64,000 nt of DNA from Vicinamibacteria bacterium (GTDB taxonomy: Bacteria; Acidobacteriota; Vicinamibacteria; Marinacidobacterales; Marinacidobacteraceae): assembly GCA_964291235.2 (NCBI GenBank), contig OZ219815.1, positions 448,001 through 512,000 on the forward strand, in the 5' to 3' direction. The position numbers were made by a program, and so were the translations under genes. Position 1 is the stretch's first letter, and every line of letters starts with the position of its first letter. Below the pieces are notes generated by a model that ran no database searches, was not told where the DNA came from, and saw only the letters and a program-made list of their open reading frames with translations. This document shows positions 8,830 through 19,037 of the stretch, in pieces.

Positions 8830-10083
8830 TCAAGCTGAGGCGGTGGGGTGTTGCGGACTCAGCCCGGAGAAGCGCGCCCCGAAGAGCAACAGCACCGCAA
8901 CCAGGCGCACCAGGTCGTCGAGGTCCACCCATTCGTCGGGGCCGTAGAAGTTCCCTCCCAGGGATCCGATCCCCAGGGACGCCGCTCCCTGGAGCCGGAT
9001 CGGAAAGCGGATGTCACTCGCGAGGTGATCGGCGTAGGGAACCGGTTCGCGGCCGGTGACCCCGGCAACCGCGGACCGGAGCCCGGCGGTGAGGGGATCG
9101 TCCCAGGCAGTCTCGGCGGGGTTCGCGCGGAGGCCGGGGGCCGTCACCTCGAATCCAAAGCTCCGCCCGGACCCCGGTGCGTCTCCCGCCTCAGCTGCCG
9201 TCGCGCAGCGGAAGGCGTCCAGCACCCCGTCCACCGTTCTCGAACCGCGGAAGAGAACGCGAATCTCGGCCTCGCAGCGGACCGGAGTCCGTCCGGGCGC
9301 CTCTCCGGCGACCACGCGTCCGAGATTCATTTCGCAATCGGCCAGCTCGTCGTTGCGCAGGCGCTCGACCAGGCGGAGGCATGCCGCGAGCGCGTCGCCA
9401 CCCTCCGCGAAGGGCGCGCTCTCGGGCGTCCCGATCTCGCGCGGCCTCCCGGACCAACCGGTAACCCGAAGCGCCACGTCGAGAACACCCCGGCTCGCAC
9501 TCTTGATCACGCCGAGCCCGGCTCCGTTCTCGGGTGGATGGACGTAGATGCAGTCCGCCGGCTCCATCCCGGCAAAGACCGGCAGGGTGCCGCGTGCCCC
9601 GCCCCCTTTTCCGTGGACGCTTGCGACCCGGGGGGCCCTCCCCAGGTGCCGCTCGAGAAGCACCGCCGCGACCGCCGCCGCCGCGAGGCCCCCCTTGTCG
9701 TCGGCGGCTCCGAGCCCCCGAACCCGGTTGCCCAACACCGCCACCTCGCCGGGCGGCGAGGTCCAGTCGCCCGTCGCGGGCTCGGTGTCCACGTGGGCGA
9801 AGAAGGTGAGGCCGGAGGTTTCCGGAGGTCGGCCGACGAGGTTCACCGGCGCCTCGGCCGCCGGAGGCGGCGGGCTGAACTCCGGATGTTCGCGCCCGGC
9901 CTCCCACGATTCTTCGGTGGTCTCGACCGCGAAGCCGTTTTGCTCCAGGTAGCTCCCGAGCCGCGCCTGCGCCTCCTTCGCGGAGTGTCCGTAGGGACTG
10001 GGCGCCTCGATCAGCTCCCTGAGGAGCGCGAACAGCTCGGCGCGGGCGCCCGCCGCCAGCGCCAGCGCGTCCCGGGCATCCAT
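8830..10083 (-). CDS. M20/ArgE-DapE-like metallohydrolase, divergent active site
   Basis: FFAHVDT, GLGAADDKGG, dimerisation domain, C-terminal GPDEWV. Confidence 0.8.
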   Translation of the reverse strand: MDARDALALAAGARAELFALLRELIEAPSPYGHSAKEAQARLGSYLEQNGFAVETTEESWEAGREHPEFSPPPPAAEAPVNLVGRPPETSGLTFFAHVDTEPATGDWTSPPGEVAVLGNRVRGLGAADDKGGLAAAAVAAVLLERHLGRAPRVASVHGKGGGARGTLPVFAGMEPADCIYVHPPENGAGLGVIKSASRGVLDVALRVTGWSGRPREIGTPESAPFAEGGDALAACLRLVERLRNDELADCEMNLGRVVAGEAPGRTPVRCEAEIRVLFRGSRTVDGVLDAFRCATAAEAGDAPGSGRSFGFEVTAPGLRANPAETAWDDPLTAGLRSAVAGVTGREPVPYADHLASDIRFPIRLQGAASLGIGSLGGNFYGPDEWVDLDDLVRLVAVLLLFGARFSGLSPQHPTASA

Positions 10084-10090
10084 GCGCGCG

Positions 10091-11083
10091 TCAGGGCGCC
10101 GGGTCCCGCACCGCGTGGCCCGTGATCGCCTCCACCAGCGACGGATCCACCCGGTGCGCCGCACCCCGCCACACCTCGCGCGCCAGCTCGAGCAGCGCGT
10201 CGGTCTCCGGATGGGTGAACCGCACCCCCGCGGCCTCGAGGGTGGCGAGCGCCTCCGCGTCCTGCCGCTGGTATTCCTCGCGCTCGGCGTCCACCGCCTC
10301 CCGCGCCGCGGCGCGGACCGCTGCCTGATCTTCCATGGAGAGCGACGAGAAAAACCGCTCACTCATGATCAGCGGCTGCACCAGGTACATCCAGCCGATC
10401 TCCGACCAGTTGGGCGCCACCTCGAAAAAGCGCTTCGACAAGTAGTTCGAGCGGGCGGCCTCCGCCCCGTCGATCACCCCCTGCTCCAGCGCCGTATAGA
10501 CCTCCCCATAAGCCATCGGCAGCGGGTTCGCGCCGAAGGCCGCGAAGGCCTCGAGATGGAGCGGGTTCTCCATGGTCCGGATCTTGAGGCCGGCGAGATC
10601 CTCCGTCCGCTCGACGGGCCGGTCCCGGGTCATGACGTGGCGGAGCCCCGCTTCGAAATAGCCGAGCAGGACGAGTCCCCGCTCCCGGAGCGGTTCCTCG
10701 AATCTCTGTCCGATGGGGCCGTCGAGCACCTCGTACATGTGGGGCCGGTCCCGGAACAGGTACGGGAGGTCGAACACCAGCATCTCGGGCGCGAAGGTGG
10801 CGAGCGGCGCGTTCGAGGGGGTGGTCAGTTCGACCGCCCCGATGATGGTCAGTTCGATCACGTCCCGCTCGTTCCCGAGCGCGTTGTTCGGGTAGATCTC
10901 CACTGCGATGCGGCCGTTCGTCGCCGCGGCGACTTCTTCGGCGAAGACCTCGAGTCCTTTCACCGCGGGTTCGTTCGCGGCGGTGCTGGTGCTGGCCTTG
11001 ATCGTGATCTGGCGGTCTTCCGGCGGCCGGCAGCCGGCGACGAGAGCGAGACCCGCGAGGACGAAGGCGGCCGGGCGAAGCAT
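10091..11083 (-). CDS. dctP: TRAP transporter substrate-binding protein
   Basis: VAGC lipobox; IYPNNALGNERD, DLAGLKIR, EVYTALEQGVIDG. Confidence 0.9.
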   Translation of the reverse strand: MLRPAAFVLAGLALVAGCRPPEDRQITIKASTSTAANEPAVKGLEVFAEEVAAATNGRIAVEIYPNNALGNERDVIELTIIGAVELTTPSNAPLATFAPEMLVFDLPYLFRDRPHMYEVLDGPIGQRFEEPLRERGLVLLGYFEAGLRHVMTRDRPVERTEDLAGLKIRTMENPLHLEAFAAFGANPLPMAYGEVYTALEQGVIDGAEAARSNYLSKRFFEVAPNWSEIGWMYLVQPLIMSERFFSSLSMEDQAAVRAAAREAVDAEREEYQRQDAEALATLEAAGVRFTHPETDALLELAREVWRGAAHRVDPSLVEAITGHAVRDPAP

Positions 11084-12366
11084 CACAGCATCCCCAGCCA
11101 GCGCGGCAGGATCGTGACCGCGTCCGGGAAGACGGTCATCAGCAGCAGCACCACCACCATCGCGAGCACCGGACGCACCGTCCACCCCGCGATGTCGCTG
11201 ATGCTCCGCTTCGCGATGGTGCAGGCAACGAAGAGCGTCGCTCCGTAGGGAGGAGTCACCATGCCGATGCAGAGGTTCACCGAGGCCAGCACCCCGAAGT
11301 GGATCGGATCGATCCCGAGCTGGAGCGCCAGCGGGAACAGGATGGGCATGATCACGATGATGGCCGAGATGCTCTCCATGAACATGCCGACCACGATGAG
11401 GATGATGTTGCAGACGATCAGGAACGAGAGCTGGCCGCCGGCCATCGCTTCCACCTGCCCTCCCACCTGGTCCGGCACCCGGCCCACCGCGATGATCCAG
11501 GCGAGCAGGAAGGCGCTCGTGGCGACGAAGAGCACGACGCAGGAGCGAAGCGCCGCGCTCACCAGCAGCGGGCGCAGATCCCGGAGACGGAGTTCGCGGT
11601 AGATGAAGAACCCGACCGCCAGACCGTAGGCGACCGCCACCCCAGCGGCCTCGGTGGCGGTGAAGATCCCGGCCAGGATCCCGCCGAGCACCACGACCGG
11701 CATGCCGAGCGCCGGCACCGCTCCCAGGATCGCCCGGCCGAGGGAGCCCTCCGCGGGGGGCGGCGCGCCGCCGGAGGCGGCGAACGCGGTCTCGTAGCGG
11801 CGCGACCGCCGGTAGTTGATCCCGATGAGCGCCGCCGCCATCAGGAACCCGGGCACGATGCCCCCGACGAAGAGCGCCGCGATGGAGGTCTCCGTCACGT
11901 AACCCATGACGATCATGATGATGCTCGGGGGGATGATCGGCCCGATCGCTCCGCCCGCCGCTTGGAGCGCGGTGGCGAAGCCGATGGGATACCCGCGCTC
12001 CTTCATCGCCGGGATCATCATGGAGCCCACCGCCGCGGTGCTGGCGCTCGAACTCCCCGAGATGCTCGCGAAGAACATGGATGAGACGACCGAGACGATG
12101 GGCAGCCCGCCGCGGAGCCGCCCCACCACCTCGACGGTGCGCCGCGAGATCCCGCAGGCGTTCATGAGTTCTCCCGCGAAGATGAAGAGCGGCACCGCCA
12201 TGAGCGCCCAGGAGTTGAGGGCGGCGAAGGCCCGCTGGGGAATGATCTCGAAGGGGATCTGGCCGTCGGCGGCGAGCGCCGCGATACCGCTCAGCCCGAT
12301 CGCAAAGGCGACCGGCACCCCGAGGAGGAGCAGGAGGGCGAGGGTGATCAGCAGGGCGGCGATCAC
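11083..12366 (-). CDS. dctM: TRAP transporter large permease
   Basis: SGSSSA, IIPPSI, FTATEAA, GIDPIHFG, TPPYG motifs. Confidence 0.92.
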   Translation of the reverse strand: MIAALLITLALLLLLGVPVAFAIGLSGIAALAADGQIPFEIIPQRAFAALNSWALMAVPLFIFAGELMNACGISRRTVEVVGRLRGGLPIVSVVSSMFFASISGSSSASTAAVGSMMIPAMKERGYPIGFATALQAAGGAIGPIIPPSIIMIVMGYVTETSIAALFVGGIVPGFLMAAALIGINYRRSRRYETAFAASGGAPPPAEGSLGRAILGAVPALGMPVVVLGGILAGIFTATEAAGVAVAYGLAVGFFIYRELRLRDLRPLLVSAALRSCVVLFVATSAFLLAWIIAVGRVPDQVGGQVEAMAGGQLSFLIVCNIILIVVGMFMESISAIIVIMPILFPLALQLGIDPIHFGVLASVNLCIGMVTPPYGATLFVACTIAKRSISDIAGWTVRPVLAMVVVLLLMTVFPDAVTILPRWLGML

Positions 12367-12863
12367 GGCTTGTCGTGTTCCCGGTTCGGTTTGGGCTCCG
12401 TTCCCCGGCGGAGCTCGCCGGCGATGAGGACCGCTGCGGCCGCCGCCATCAGGAATCCGCTGACCGGAACCGCCAGATAGGGCCAGACCATGGAGATCCC
12501 CAGGGCCGGCGAGGTCTGGAGGCTCGCGACCGCGAGGAGCCGCACGCCGTAGAAGGCGAGGCCCAGGCAGAAGAGCGCCGAGATCAGCAACACCCCGGTC
12601 CTAAGGGCCAGCGCCGCGCCCGGGGGCAGACGGGGCGTCACGTAGTCCACCGCGAGGTGCATCCCGCGCCGCACGCAGACGGGGGACGCGAGCAGCACCA
12701 GCCAGACCTGCAGGAAGCGGGCGAGTTCCTCGGTCCAGCTTGGCGGGCTGCCGAGCAGATAGCGCGCGCCCACCTGGTAGATCACGAGGGCCGCCATCAG
12801 TCCGAGGGCGATCGCTGCGCCGGTCTCGAGCGTTCGCCAGAGGCGGTCGGTGAAGCCGTTCAT
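12363..12863 (-). CDS. dctQ: TRAP transporter small permease
   Basis: QVGARY, WTEELARF, HLAVD, TSPALGI; four TM segments. Confidence 0.88.
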   Translation of the reverse strand: MNGFTDRLWRTLETGAAIALGLMAALVIYQVGARYLLGSPPSWTEELARFLQVWLVLLASPVCVRRGMHLAVDYVTPRLPPGAALALRTGVLLISALFCLGLAFYGVRLLAVASLQTSPALGISMVWPYLAVPVSGFLMAAAAAVLIAGELRRGTEPKPNREHDKP

Positions 12864-12950
12864 GGCATCCGGGGGCAAGCCACTCTACCGGACGCTCCCC
12901 GCGCCCCTGCTCGCCCGAGGCGCCGGTGGCGCGTCCTACAATCGCTGGCC

Positions 12951-14351
12951 ATGACCGACACCCGCGAGTTCCTGGACCGTTTCTGGGAGGACGAGATCCT
13001 CCCGTCCCTCACCGACTACGTCGCCGTTCCGAACGTCTCGGTGCTCTTCGACCCCGACTGGGACGCGAACGGCCACATGGAAGACGCGCTCCAGATGGGG
13101 AAGGCGTTCATGGAGAAGCACGCGCCGGACGATGCGACCCTCCATGTCGGGCGCATCCCGGGACGGACTCCGTTGCTGCTGCTCGATTGCCCCGGCGAGG
13201 CGGACGGCACGATCCTGATGTACGGCCACCTCGACAAGCAGCCCGAGATGGTCGGCTGGCGGGAGGGGCTCGGCCCCTGGAGCCCGGTCCGCGAGGGCGA
13301 CAAGCTCTACGGCCGGGGCGGGGCGGACGACGGGTACGCGCTCTACTGCGCGCTCGCCGCCCTGAAGGCGGTCGCCCGTGAGGGGAAGAAGCGGGCCCGC
13401 GTCGTGCTGCTGGTCGAATTCTCCGAGGAGAGCGGCTCCCCGGACCTGCCCGCCTACATGGAAACGTTTGCCGACGTCATCGGCAGTCCCGATCTCGTGA
13501 TCTGCCTCGACTCGGGCGCCGGCAACTACGACCAGCTCTGGTCCACCACCTCGCTGCGCGGCATGGTCGGCGGCACCTTGCAGGCCGAGGTCCTCACCGA
13601 AGGCGTCCACTCCGGCGATGCCGGCGGCGTCGTGCCGCCGCCGTTCCTCATCCTGCGGAAGCTGCTCGACCGGCTCGAGGATCCCGTCACCGACCGGATC
13701 ATCCCGGAGGCGCTCCACGCCGACATCCCCGCCGAGCGGGTCGCGCAGGCGAAGGCCGCGGCGGAGACCCTGGGACCGGACACCTTCACCCGCTTTCCCT
13801 GGGCCGGGAACACGGGGAGGCCGGGCATTCCCACGAGCGAACTCGTCCTGAACCGCACCTGGCGTCCCAACCTGGCGGTGACCGGAGCGGGCGGACTGCC
13901 TTCGCTCGAAAAGGCCGGCAACGTCCTCCTGCCCCAGGTGACGCTGAACCTCTCGTTCCGGTTGCCGCCCACCGTGGACCCGGCCGCCGCCCAGAATGCG
14001 ATCCGGGAGGTCGTGGAACCCGACCCGCCGTACGGCGCGAAGGTCACCCTGCACTTCCACGAACCCGCGCAGGGCTGGTCCGCGCCCGCGCTCGCCCCCT
14101 GGCTCGGCGACGCCCTCCACGACGCCTCCATGGGCGCGTACGGCAAACCGGCGATGTACATGGGCGAGGGCGGCTCGATCCCCTTCATGGGAATGCTCGG
14201 CGAGCAGTTCCCCGAGGCGCAGTTCGTCATCACCGGCGTCCTCGGCCCGAACTCGAACGCCCACGGCCCGAACGAGTTCCTGGAGATCGCCTACGCGAAA
14301 CGCCTCACCGAAGCGGTAGCCACGGTCGTGGCCCGGCACGCCACGCGCTAG
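12951..14351 (+). CDS. M20 family dipeptidase/metallopeptidase
   Basis: YGHLDKQP, GRGGADDG, EESGS, HSG, GGSIP, NAHGPNE all canonical. Confidence 0.9.
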   Translation: MTDTREFLDRFWEDEILPSLTDYVAVPNVSVLFDPDWDANGHMEDALQMGKAFMEKHAPDDATLHVGRIPGRTPLLLLDCPGEADGTILMYGHLDKQPEMVGWREGLGPWSPVREGDKLYGRGGADDGYALYCALAALKAVAREGKKRARVVLLVEFSEESGSPDLPAYMETFADVIGSPDLVICLDSGAGNYDQLWSTTSLRGMVGGTLQAEVLTEGVHSGDAGGVVPPPFLILRKLLDRLEDPVTDRIIPEALHADIPAERVAQAKAAAETLGPDTFTRFPWAGNTGRPGIPTSELVLNRTWRPNLAVTGAGGLPSLEKAGNVLLPQVTLNLSFRLPPTVDPAAAQNAIREVVEPDPPYGAKVTLHFHEPAQGWSAPALAPWLGDALHDASMGAYGKPAMYMGEGGSIPFMGMLGEQFPEAQFVITGVLGPNSNAHGPNEFLEIAYAKRLTEAVATVVARHATR

Positions 14352-14352
14352 C

Positions 14353-14516
14353 GAGCGCCGGCCGGTCCTCGCGGCAGCGGCGCTGAGGCCGGCATCGCGG
14401 TGCGACTCCCGCCGCGCAACCGCGGAGTACCGATTCGCGTGAAGCGCCGCCTGCCAACCCCGTGGCGCGGGCTGTGCCGGTCTGAAGGCCGCTATCGCGA
14501 GGACCGGCTCGCGCTC
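14353..14516. repeat. Imperfect inverted-repeat element (about 42-bp arms) related to the REP-like family
   Basis: Left arm GAGCGCCGGCCGGTCCTCGCGGCAGCGGC...CCGGCA versus right-arm reverse complement GAGCGCGAGCCGGTCCTCGCGATAGCGGC...CCGGCA. Confidence 0.65.
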
Positions 14517-14602
14517 CCTCAGCGTTCCCAGCCCTCCCTGCGATTCTCCTCGCCGGCCAGGTGAGGTTCACACCGCGATCGCCGCCCGGTAACCTGACTC
14601 GA

Positions 14603-16648
14603 ATGCGGATCGCGACGGACGTCGGGGGCACGTTCACAGATCTCGTCGGTTACGAGCTTGACGACCGCGGGAGGGTTGCCCGGCTGGTCACGCACAAGGT
14701 GGACAGCACGCCCCCCGCCTTCGAGCGCGGCGTTCTGGAGGCAACGGGGACCGTCGACGCCCAGGCGGTTCGGTTCTTCGCGCACGGAAGCACGGTCGTC
14801 ATCAACGCGCTCCTGTCCCGCCAGGGGGCGAAGACCGCGCTCATCACCACCCGCGGCTTCCGCGACGTCCTGGAGATTGCCCGAGGGAATCGGCCGGACC
14901 TCTTCAACTTCGCCTTTCGGAAACCACGTCCCTTCGTGCCGCGGCGCCTGCGACGCGAGATCGACGAGCGCACGGATGCCGAGGGCCGCGTGGTCGAGCC
15001 GCCCGCGCTCGCAGGACTCCGGGAGGTCGTGGCCGGCTTCCGCGAAGCGGGCGTCGAGGCGATCGCCGTCTGCCTGCTCCACGCCTACGCGAATGACGCC
15101 AACGAGCGCGCCGTCGGAGCGGAACTCCGCCGCCTCTGGCCGGAGGTGTCCATCGCGCTGTCGTCCGACATCTGCCGCGAGTGGCGCGAGTACGAGCGGA
15201 CGAGCACGACGGTCCTGTCGGCATTCGTCCAACCGGTGACCAGCCGCTACCTCGATTCGCTCGCGACCGGGCTTTCCGCGCAGGGTCTTTCGGTGACGCC
15301 CTTCATGCTGCAATCGAACGGCGGCGCCACGACGGTCGCGGCCGCCGCGCGCAACCCCGTCTCGATGGTGGAGTCCGGACCCGCGAGCGGGGTCCTCGGG
15401 GCCATCGAACTCGGCAGGGCGCTGGGCGAGTCGGACCTCGCGACCATCGACATCGGCGGCACCACGGCGAAATGCGCACTGGTCCCGGGACTCGAGCCCC
15501 GAGTGACGACCGACTATTTCATCGAGAAGACGTCAACCGAGCCGGGCTACCCGATCAAGACTCCGGTCATCGAGATCGTCGAGATCGGCAGCGGGGGCGG
15601 CAGCATCGCCTCGATCGACGCCGGCGGGAGACTCCGGGTCGGGCCGGAGAGCGCCGGCGCGGTGCCGGGACCGGCGGTCTACGGGCGCGGGGGCGACCAG
15701 CCGACAACGACCGATGCAAATGTCCTGACTGGCCGTATCGACGCCGCCAATCTGCTCGGTGGACGCATTGCGGGAGACCTCCAGCGCGCCCGACGTGCCT
15801 TCGCCCCCCTCGCCGACACCTTCGGCGTCACCGCCAGTGTGCTCGCGAGCGGGGTGCTGCGCATCGCGAACGCCGACATGGCGACCGCGCTCAAGCTGGT
15901 TTCGATCGACAAGGGATACGACCCCCGCGATTTCACCCTGGTGGCCTTCGGCGGCGGCGGCGCCCTTCACGCGGTCGCCCTCGGCGAAGCGCTGCGCTTT
16001 CGGAAGGTCATCGTTCCCCGGAACCCGGCGGTGTTCTCGGCGTGGGGCATGCTCGTCACGGACCTCCGCCGCGACTTCGTCCGCACCCGCATCACCCCGC
16101 TCGACGAATCCACGGCGCCGGTCCTTTCGGCGGCGTTCGCCGCCCTTGAATCGGACGCCCTGGACGAGGTCGGGCGCGACAGTCCCGACATCGAACTCAC
16201 CTGCTCCCGCTACGCCGACCTGCGCTATCGGGGCCAGGAGCACACGGTCAAGATTCCGTTTCCGAACGGGATCGCCGCCGCGCTCGAGAGCTTCCACGAG
16301 GCGCACGAACGCGCCTACACCTATCGCCTCGACCAGAGCGTCGAACTCGTCAACCTTCACGTCACGGTTCGGGGCGCTCTGGGAGGCGCGCAGCAGCCTC
16401 CGCTTCCACCAGGTGGTTCCTCTGTCGAGGACGCCCGCACCGGCACCAGGACCGTCGACTTCGATGAGGAAGGCCGCCACGAAACGGCGATCTACCGGCG
16501 CGCGCCGCTCCTTCCGGGAGCGGAGATCTCCGGTCCCGCGATCATCGAGGAGGAGGCGTCGACCTGCGTCCTCCCGCCCCGCCGCCTGGCCCGCGTCGAC
16601 AACTACGGGCATCTGCACCTGACTCTCGACCAGGGGAGCGCCCCGTGA
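14603..16648 (+). CDS. Hydantoinase A / 5-oxoprolinase family, ATP-binding subunit
   Basis: DVGGTFTD, ESGPASG, DIGGTT, GPESAGAVPGP, FGGGG, RYRGQ. Confidence 0.92.
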   Translation: MRIATDVGGTFTDLVGYELDDRGRVARLVTHKVDSTPPAFERGVLEATGTVDAQAVRFFAHGSTVVINALLSRQGAKTALITTRGFRDVLEIARGNRPDLFNFAFRKPRPFVPRRLRREIDERTDAEGRVVEPPALAGLREVVAGFREAGVEAIAVCLLHAYANDANERAVGAELRRLWPEVSIALSSDICREWREYERTSTTVLSAFVQPVTSRYLDSLATGLSAQGLSVTPFMLQSNGGATTVAAAARNPVSMVESGPASGVLGAIELGRALGESDLATIDIGGTTAKCALVPGLEPRVTTDYFIEKTSTEPGYPIKTPVIEIVEIGSGGGSIASIDAGGRLRVGPESAGAVPGPAVYGRGGDQPTTTDANVLTGRIDAANLLGGRIAGDLQRARRAFAPLADTFGVTASVLASGVLRIANADMATALKLVSIDKGYDPRDFTLVAFGGGGALHAVALGEALRFRKVIVPRNPAVFSAWGMLVTDLRRDFVRTRITPLDESTAPVLSAAFAALESDALDEVGRDSPDIELTCSRYADLRYRGQEHTVKIPFPNGIAAALESFHEAHERAYTYRLDQSVELVNLHVTVRGALGGAQQPPLPPGGSSVEDARTGTRTVDFDEEGRHETAIYRRAPLLPGAEISGPAIIEEEASTCVLPPRRLARVDNYGHLHLTLDQGSAP

Positions 16649-18312
16649 CCCCGGACGCCTTCACCAGGGAAGTCATCCACCGCGCCCTCGGCGCCGTGGG
16701 CGAAGAGATCTTCGCCGCGCTCAAGCGGACGAGCATGAGCCCGATCATCTACGAGACGCTCGACTGCGCGGTCGGCATCACCGACGCCCGGGGCGAGATC
16801 CTCTCGCAGGGGAACGGCGTCATCACCTTCCTCGGGACGCTGGATGCGGCGGTGCGCAACACGCTCGACAGGTTCGACGGCGACATCGAACCCGGCGACC
16901 TGTTCATCACGAACGACCCGTATGAGGGCGGAGGCACGCACCTCTCCGACGTGACGCTCGTCCTGCCCGTATTCCACGAGGAGCGACTCGTTGCGTTCGT
17001 CGCCAACAAGGCGCACTGGACTGAGGTCGGAGGGATGGCGCCCGGCAGCTTCACGACGGATTCGACCGAGGTCTATCAGGAAGGACTGCAGTGCCCCCTC
17101 GTCAAGCTAATGGAGCGCGGCAAGATCAACGGCGCGCTCCTCGAACTCATCCGCGCCAACGTCCGCCTGCCCGACCAGACGCTCGGCGACCTCTGGGCCG
17201 GGGTCGCCGCGAACCGGGTCGGCGAGGCGCGCGTGCTCGAACTGTTCGGGCGCTACGGCACGGGCACCATGCTGGACGCCATGGAGAGCCTGCTCGACTA
17301 CGGAGAGCGGATGGTGCTCGCCGAGCTGAAGCGCCTTCCCAAGGGGACGTTCCGGGCGAGCGATTCGATCGGCGGAGACGGTCTCGGAGGCGGGCCGTAT
17401 CACGTCGAAGCCGCGGTGACGATCGACGACGACCGGTTCACGATCGATTTCACCGGCACGGATCCCCAGGCCGCGGGCTCCATCAACACGACCCGGACCG
17501 GCATGGAGTCCCGCGCCCGCGGCATCTTTCGCGCGATCACCGCACCGCACCTCGCGACGAATGGCGGGATGTTCCGGCCGCTTCGCGTCACCGCTCCGGA
17601 TGGAACCCTCTTCACGGCCCAGCGGCCAGCGCCCACCTCGACCTACTGGGAGTCGGGCGGCTTCGTCATCGACCTGGTCTGGAAGGCGCTCGCGCCGCAC
17701 GTGCCGGACCGGCTGCCGGCCGGCTCGTTCCTCTCGGTGTGCGCCACGATCCTCAAGGTGGAGGACCCCGACTCCGGCGGCCTGAGCCTGCTCGTCGAGC
17801 CGCTCGCCGGAGGCTGGGGCGCGGGTTGCGGCAAGGACGGGGAGAGCGGCCAGTTCTGCCCGGGGAACGGCGACACCTACAACATTCCCGCGGAAGTGAC
17901 CGAAAAACGCCACCCGGTGCGCGTCCGCCGCTACGGCTTCCACACCGAGGACGGCGGCGCCGGCAGGTACCGGGGCGGGAAGGGCGTCGTCCTCGACTAC
18001 GAGATCGACTCGGAGAACGCGTGGCTCACCGCGATCTTCGGACGGAACCGGTTTCCCTGCTGGGGCCTCGAGGGAGGCCAGGACGGCTCACCCAACCGCA
18101 TCGAGATCCACCGGAAGGGCGGCCGGATCGAGCACCACGGCAGCGTCACGCGCCTGCCGGTCGCGAAGGGCGACGTCGTCCGGCTCATCACCGGCACCGG
18201 CGGCGGCTTCGGCGACCCGCGCGAGCGCCCGCGGGCGCTGGTTGCCGAGGACCTCAGGAACGGCTACGTCACCGAGCGCCAGGCTCGTGAACACTACGGA
18301 TACTCGCCGTGA
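16645..18312 (+). CDS. Hydantoinase B / 5-oxoprolinase family subunit
   Basis: NDPYEGGGTHLSD, HWTEVGG, QEGL, GGAGRYRGG, TGGGFGDP. Confidence 0.92.
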   Translation: MTPDAFTREVIHRALGAVGEEIFAALKRTSMSPIIYETLDCAVGITDARGEILSQGNGVITFLGTLDAAVRNTLDRFDGDIEPGDLFITNDPYEGGGTHLSDVTLVLPVFHEERLVAFVANKAHWTEVGGMAPGSFTTDSTEVYQEGLQCPLVKLMERGKINGALLELIRANVRLPDQTLGDLWAGVAANRVGEARVLELFGRYGTGTMLDAMESLLDYGERMVLAELKRLPKGTFRASDSIGGDGLGGGPYHVEAAVTIDDDRFTIDFTGTDPQAAGSINTTRTGMESRARGIFRAITAPHLATNGGMFRPLRVTAPDGTLFTAQRPAPTSTYWESGGFVIDLVWKALAPHVPDRLPAGSFLSVCATILKVEDPDSGGLSLLVEPLAGGWGAGCGKDGESGQFCPGNGDTYNIPAEVTEKRHPVRVRRYGFHTEDGGAGRYRGGKGVVLDYEIDSENAWLTAIFGRNRFPCWGLEGGQDGSPNRIEIHRKGGRIEHHGSVTRLPVAKGDVVRLITGTGGGFGDPRERPRALVAEDLRNGYVTERQAREHYGYSP

Positions 18313-19037
18313 AGATTCTCTACATCCGACCGGTCGCCGACTCCGGCCAGGCAGCCGAGATGGAAGCCGTCCTGAAACGCACCGCCCGGGCGGGGACCGC
18401 CGTTTCCTTGAGGTCGCTGCCTCCGGACCGGCCCCGTCACCTGGAATACCACTCCTACGAGGCCATCGCCGTGGCCGATATCGTGCGAATCGTGCGCGCC
18501 TCCCGTAGCGACTACGACGCCGTCGTGCTCGGCGGGTTCTACGACATGGGGCTGCGCGCCGCGCGAGAGGTCTCCGGACCGGCGATCGTCACCGCGCCCT
18601 GCGAGTCCTCGACCGCGATCGCCCGGGCGCTGGGCCGCCGGTTTTCGATCCTCGTCGGGCGGAGGAAGTGGATCCCTAAGATGTCTGACCTCGTGCGGAG
18701 TTACGGGCATAAGGACGCGATGGCGTCGATGCGGGCCATCGGGCTGGGGGTCGAGGCGATCCGCACGGACCCGGAACTCGCACACGCCCGGCTCCGCGAG
18801 GAGGCGCGGCGCGCCATCGACGAGGACGGCGCGGAGGTGCTGATCCTCGGGTGCACCGCGAAGTACGGCTTTCACGAGGAACTCACAAGGGAGCTCGGAG
18901 CACCCGTGATCGACTCCATGATCGCGGCGCTCAAGTACGCGGAGATGCTCGCCGGGACGTGGTCGCCCAGCCGGCTCGGGGGATCCGAGCCGCCTCCCGA
19001 GGCCGAGATCGACGCGTGGGGTCTCTTCCGATCGTGA
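18309..19037 (+). CDS. Asp/Glu/hydantoin racemase family protein (first catalytic Cys replaced by Gly)
   Basis: DAVVLGGFYDMGL, DGAEVLILGCT, PVID. Confidence 0.85.
   Translation: MKILYIRPVADSGQAAEMEAVLKRTARAGTAVSLRSLPPDRPRHLEYHSYEAIAVADIVRIVRASRSDYDAVVLGGFYDMGLRAAREVSGPAIVTAPCESSTAIARALGRRFSILVGRRKWIPKMSDLVRSYGHKDAMASMRAIGLGVEAIRTDPELAHARLREEARRAIDEDGAEVLILGCTAKYGFHEELTRELGAPVIDSMIAALKYAEMLAGTWSPSRLGGSEPPPEAEIDAWGLFRS

Noticed and set aside
12375-12950. Long N-terminal extensions in the ORF track (also at 20323, 21135, 21644, 27623, 53107, 42266, 60894, 32597)
   Set aside because: They overlap neighbouring real genes; starts were reassigned to coupled or RBS-supported codons
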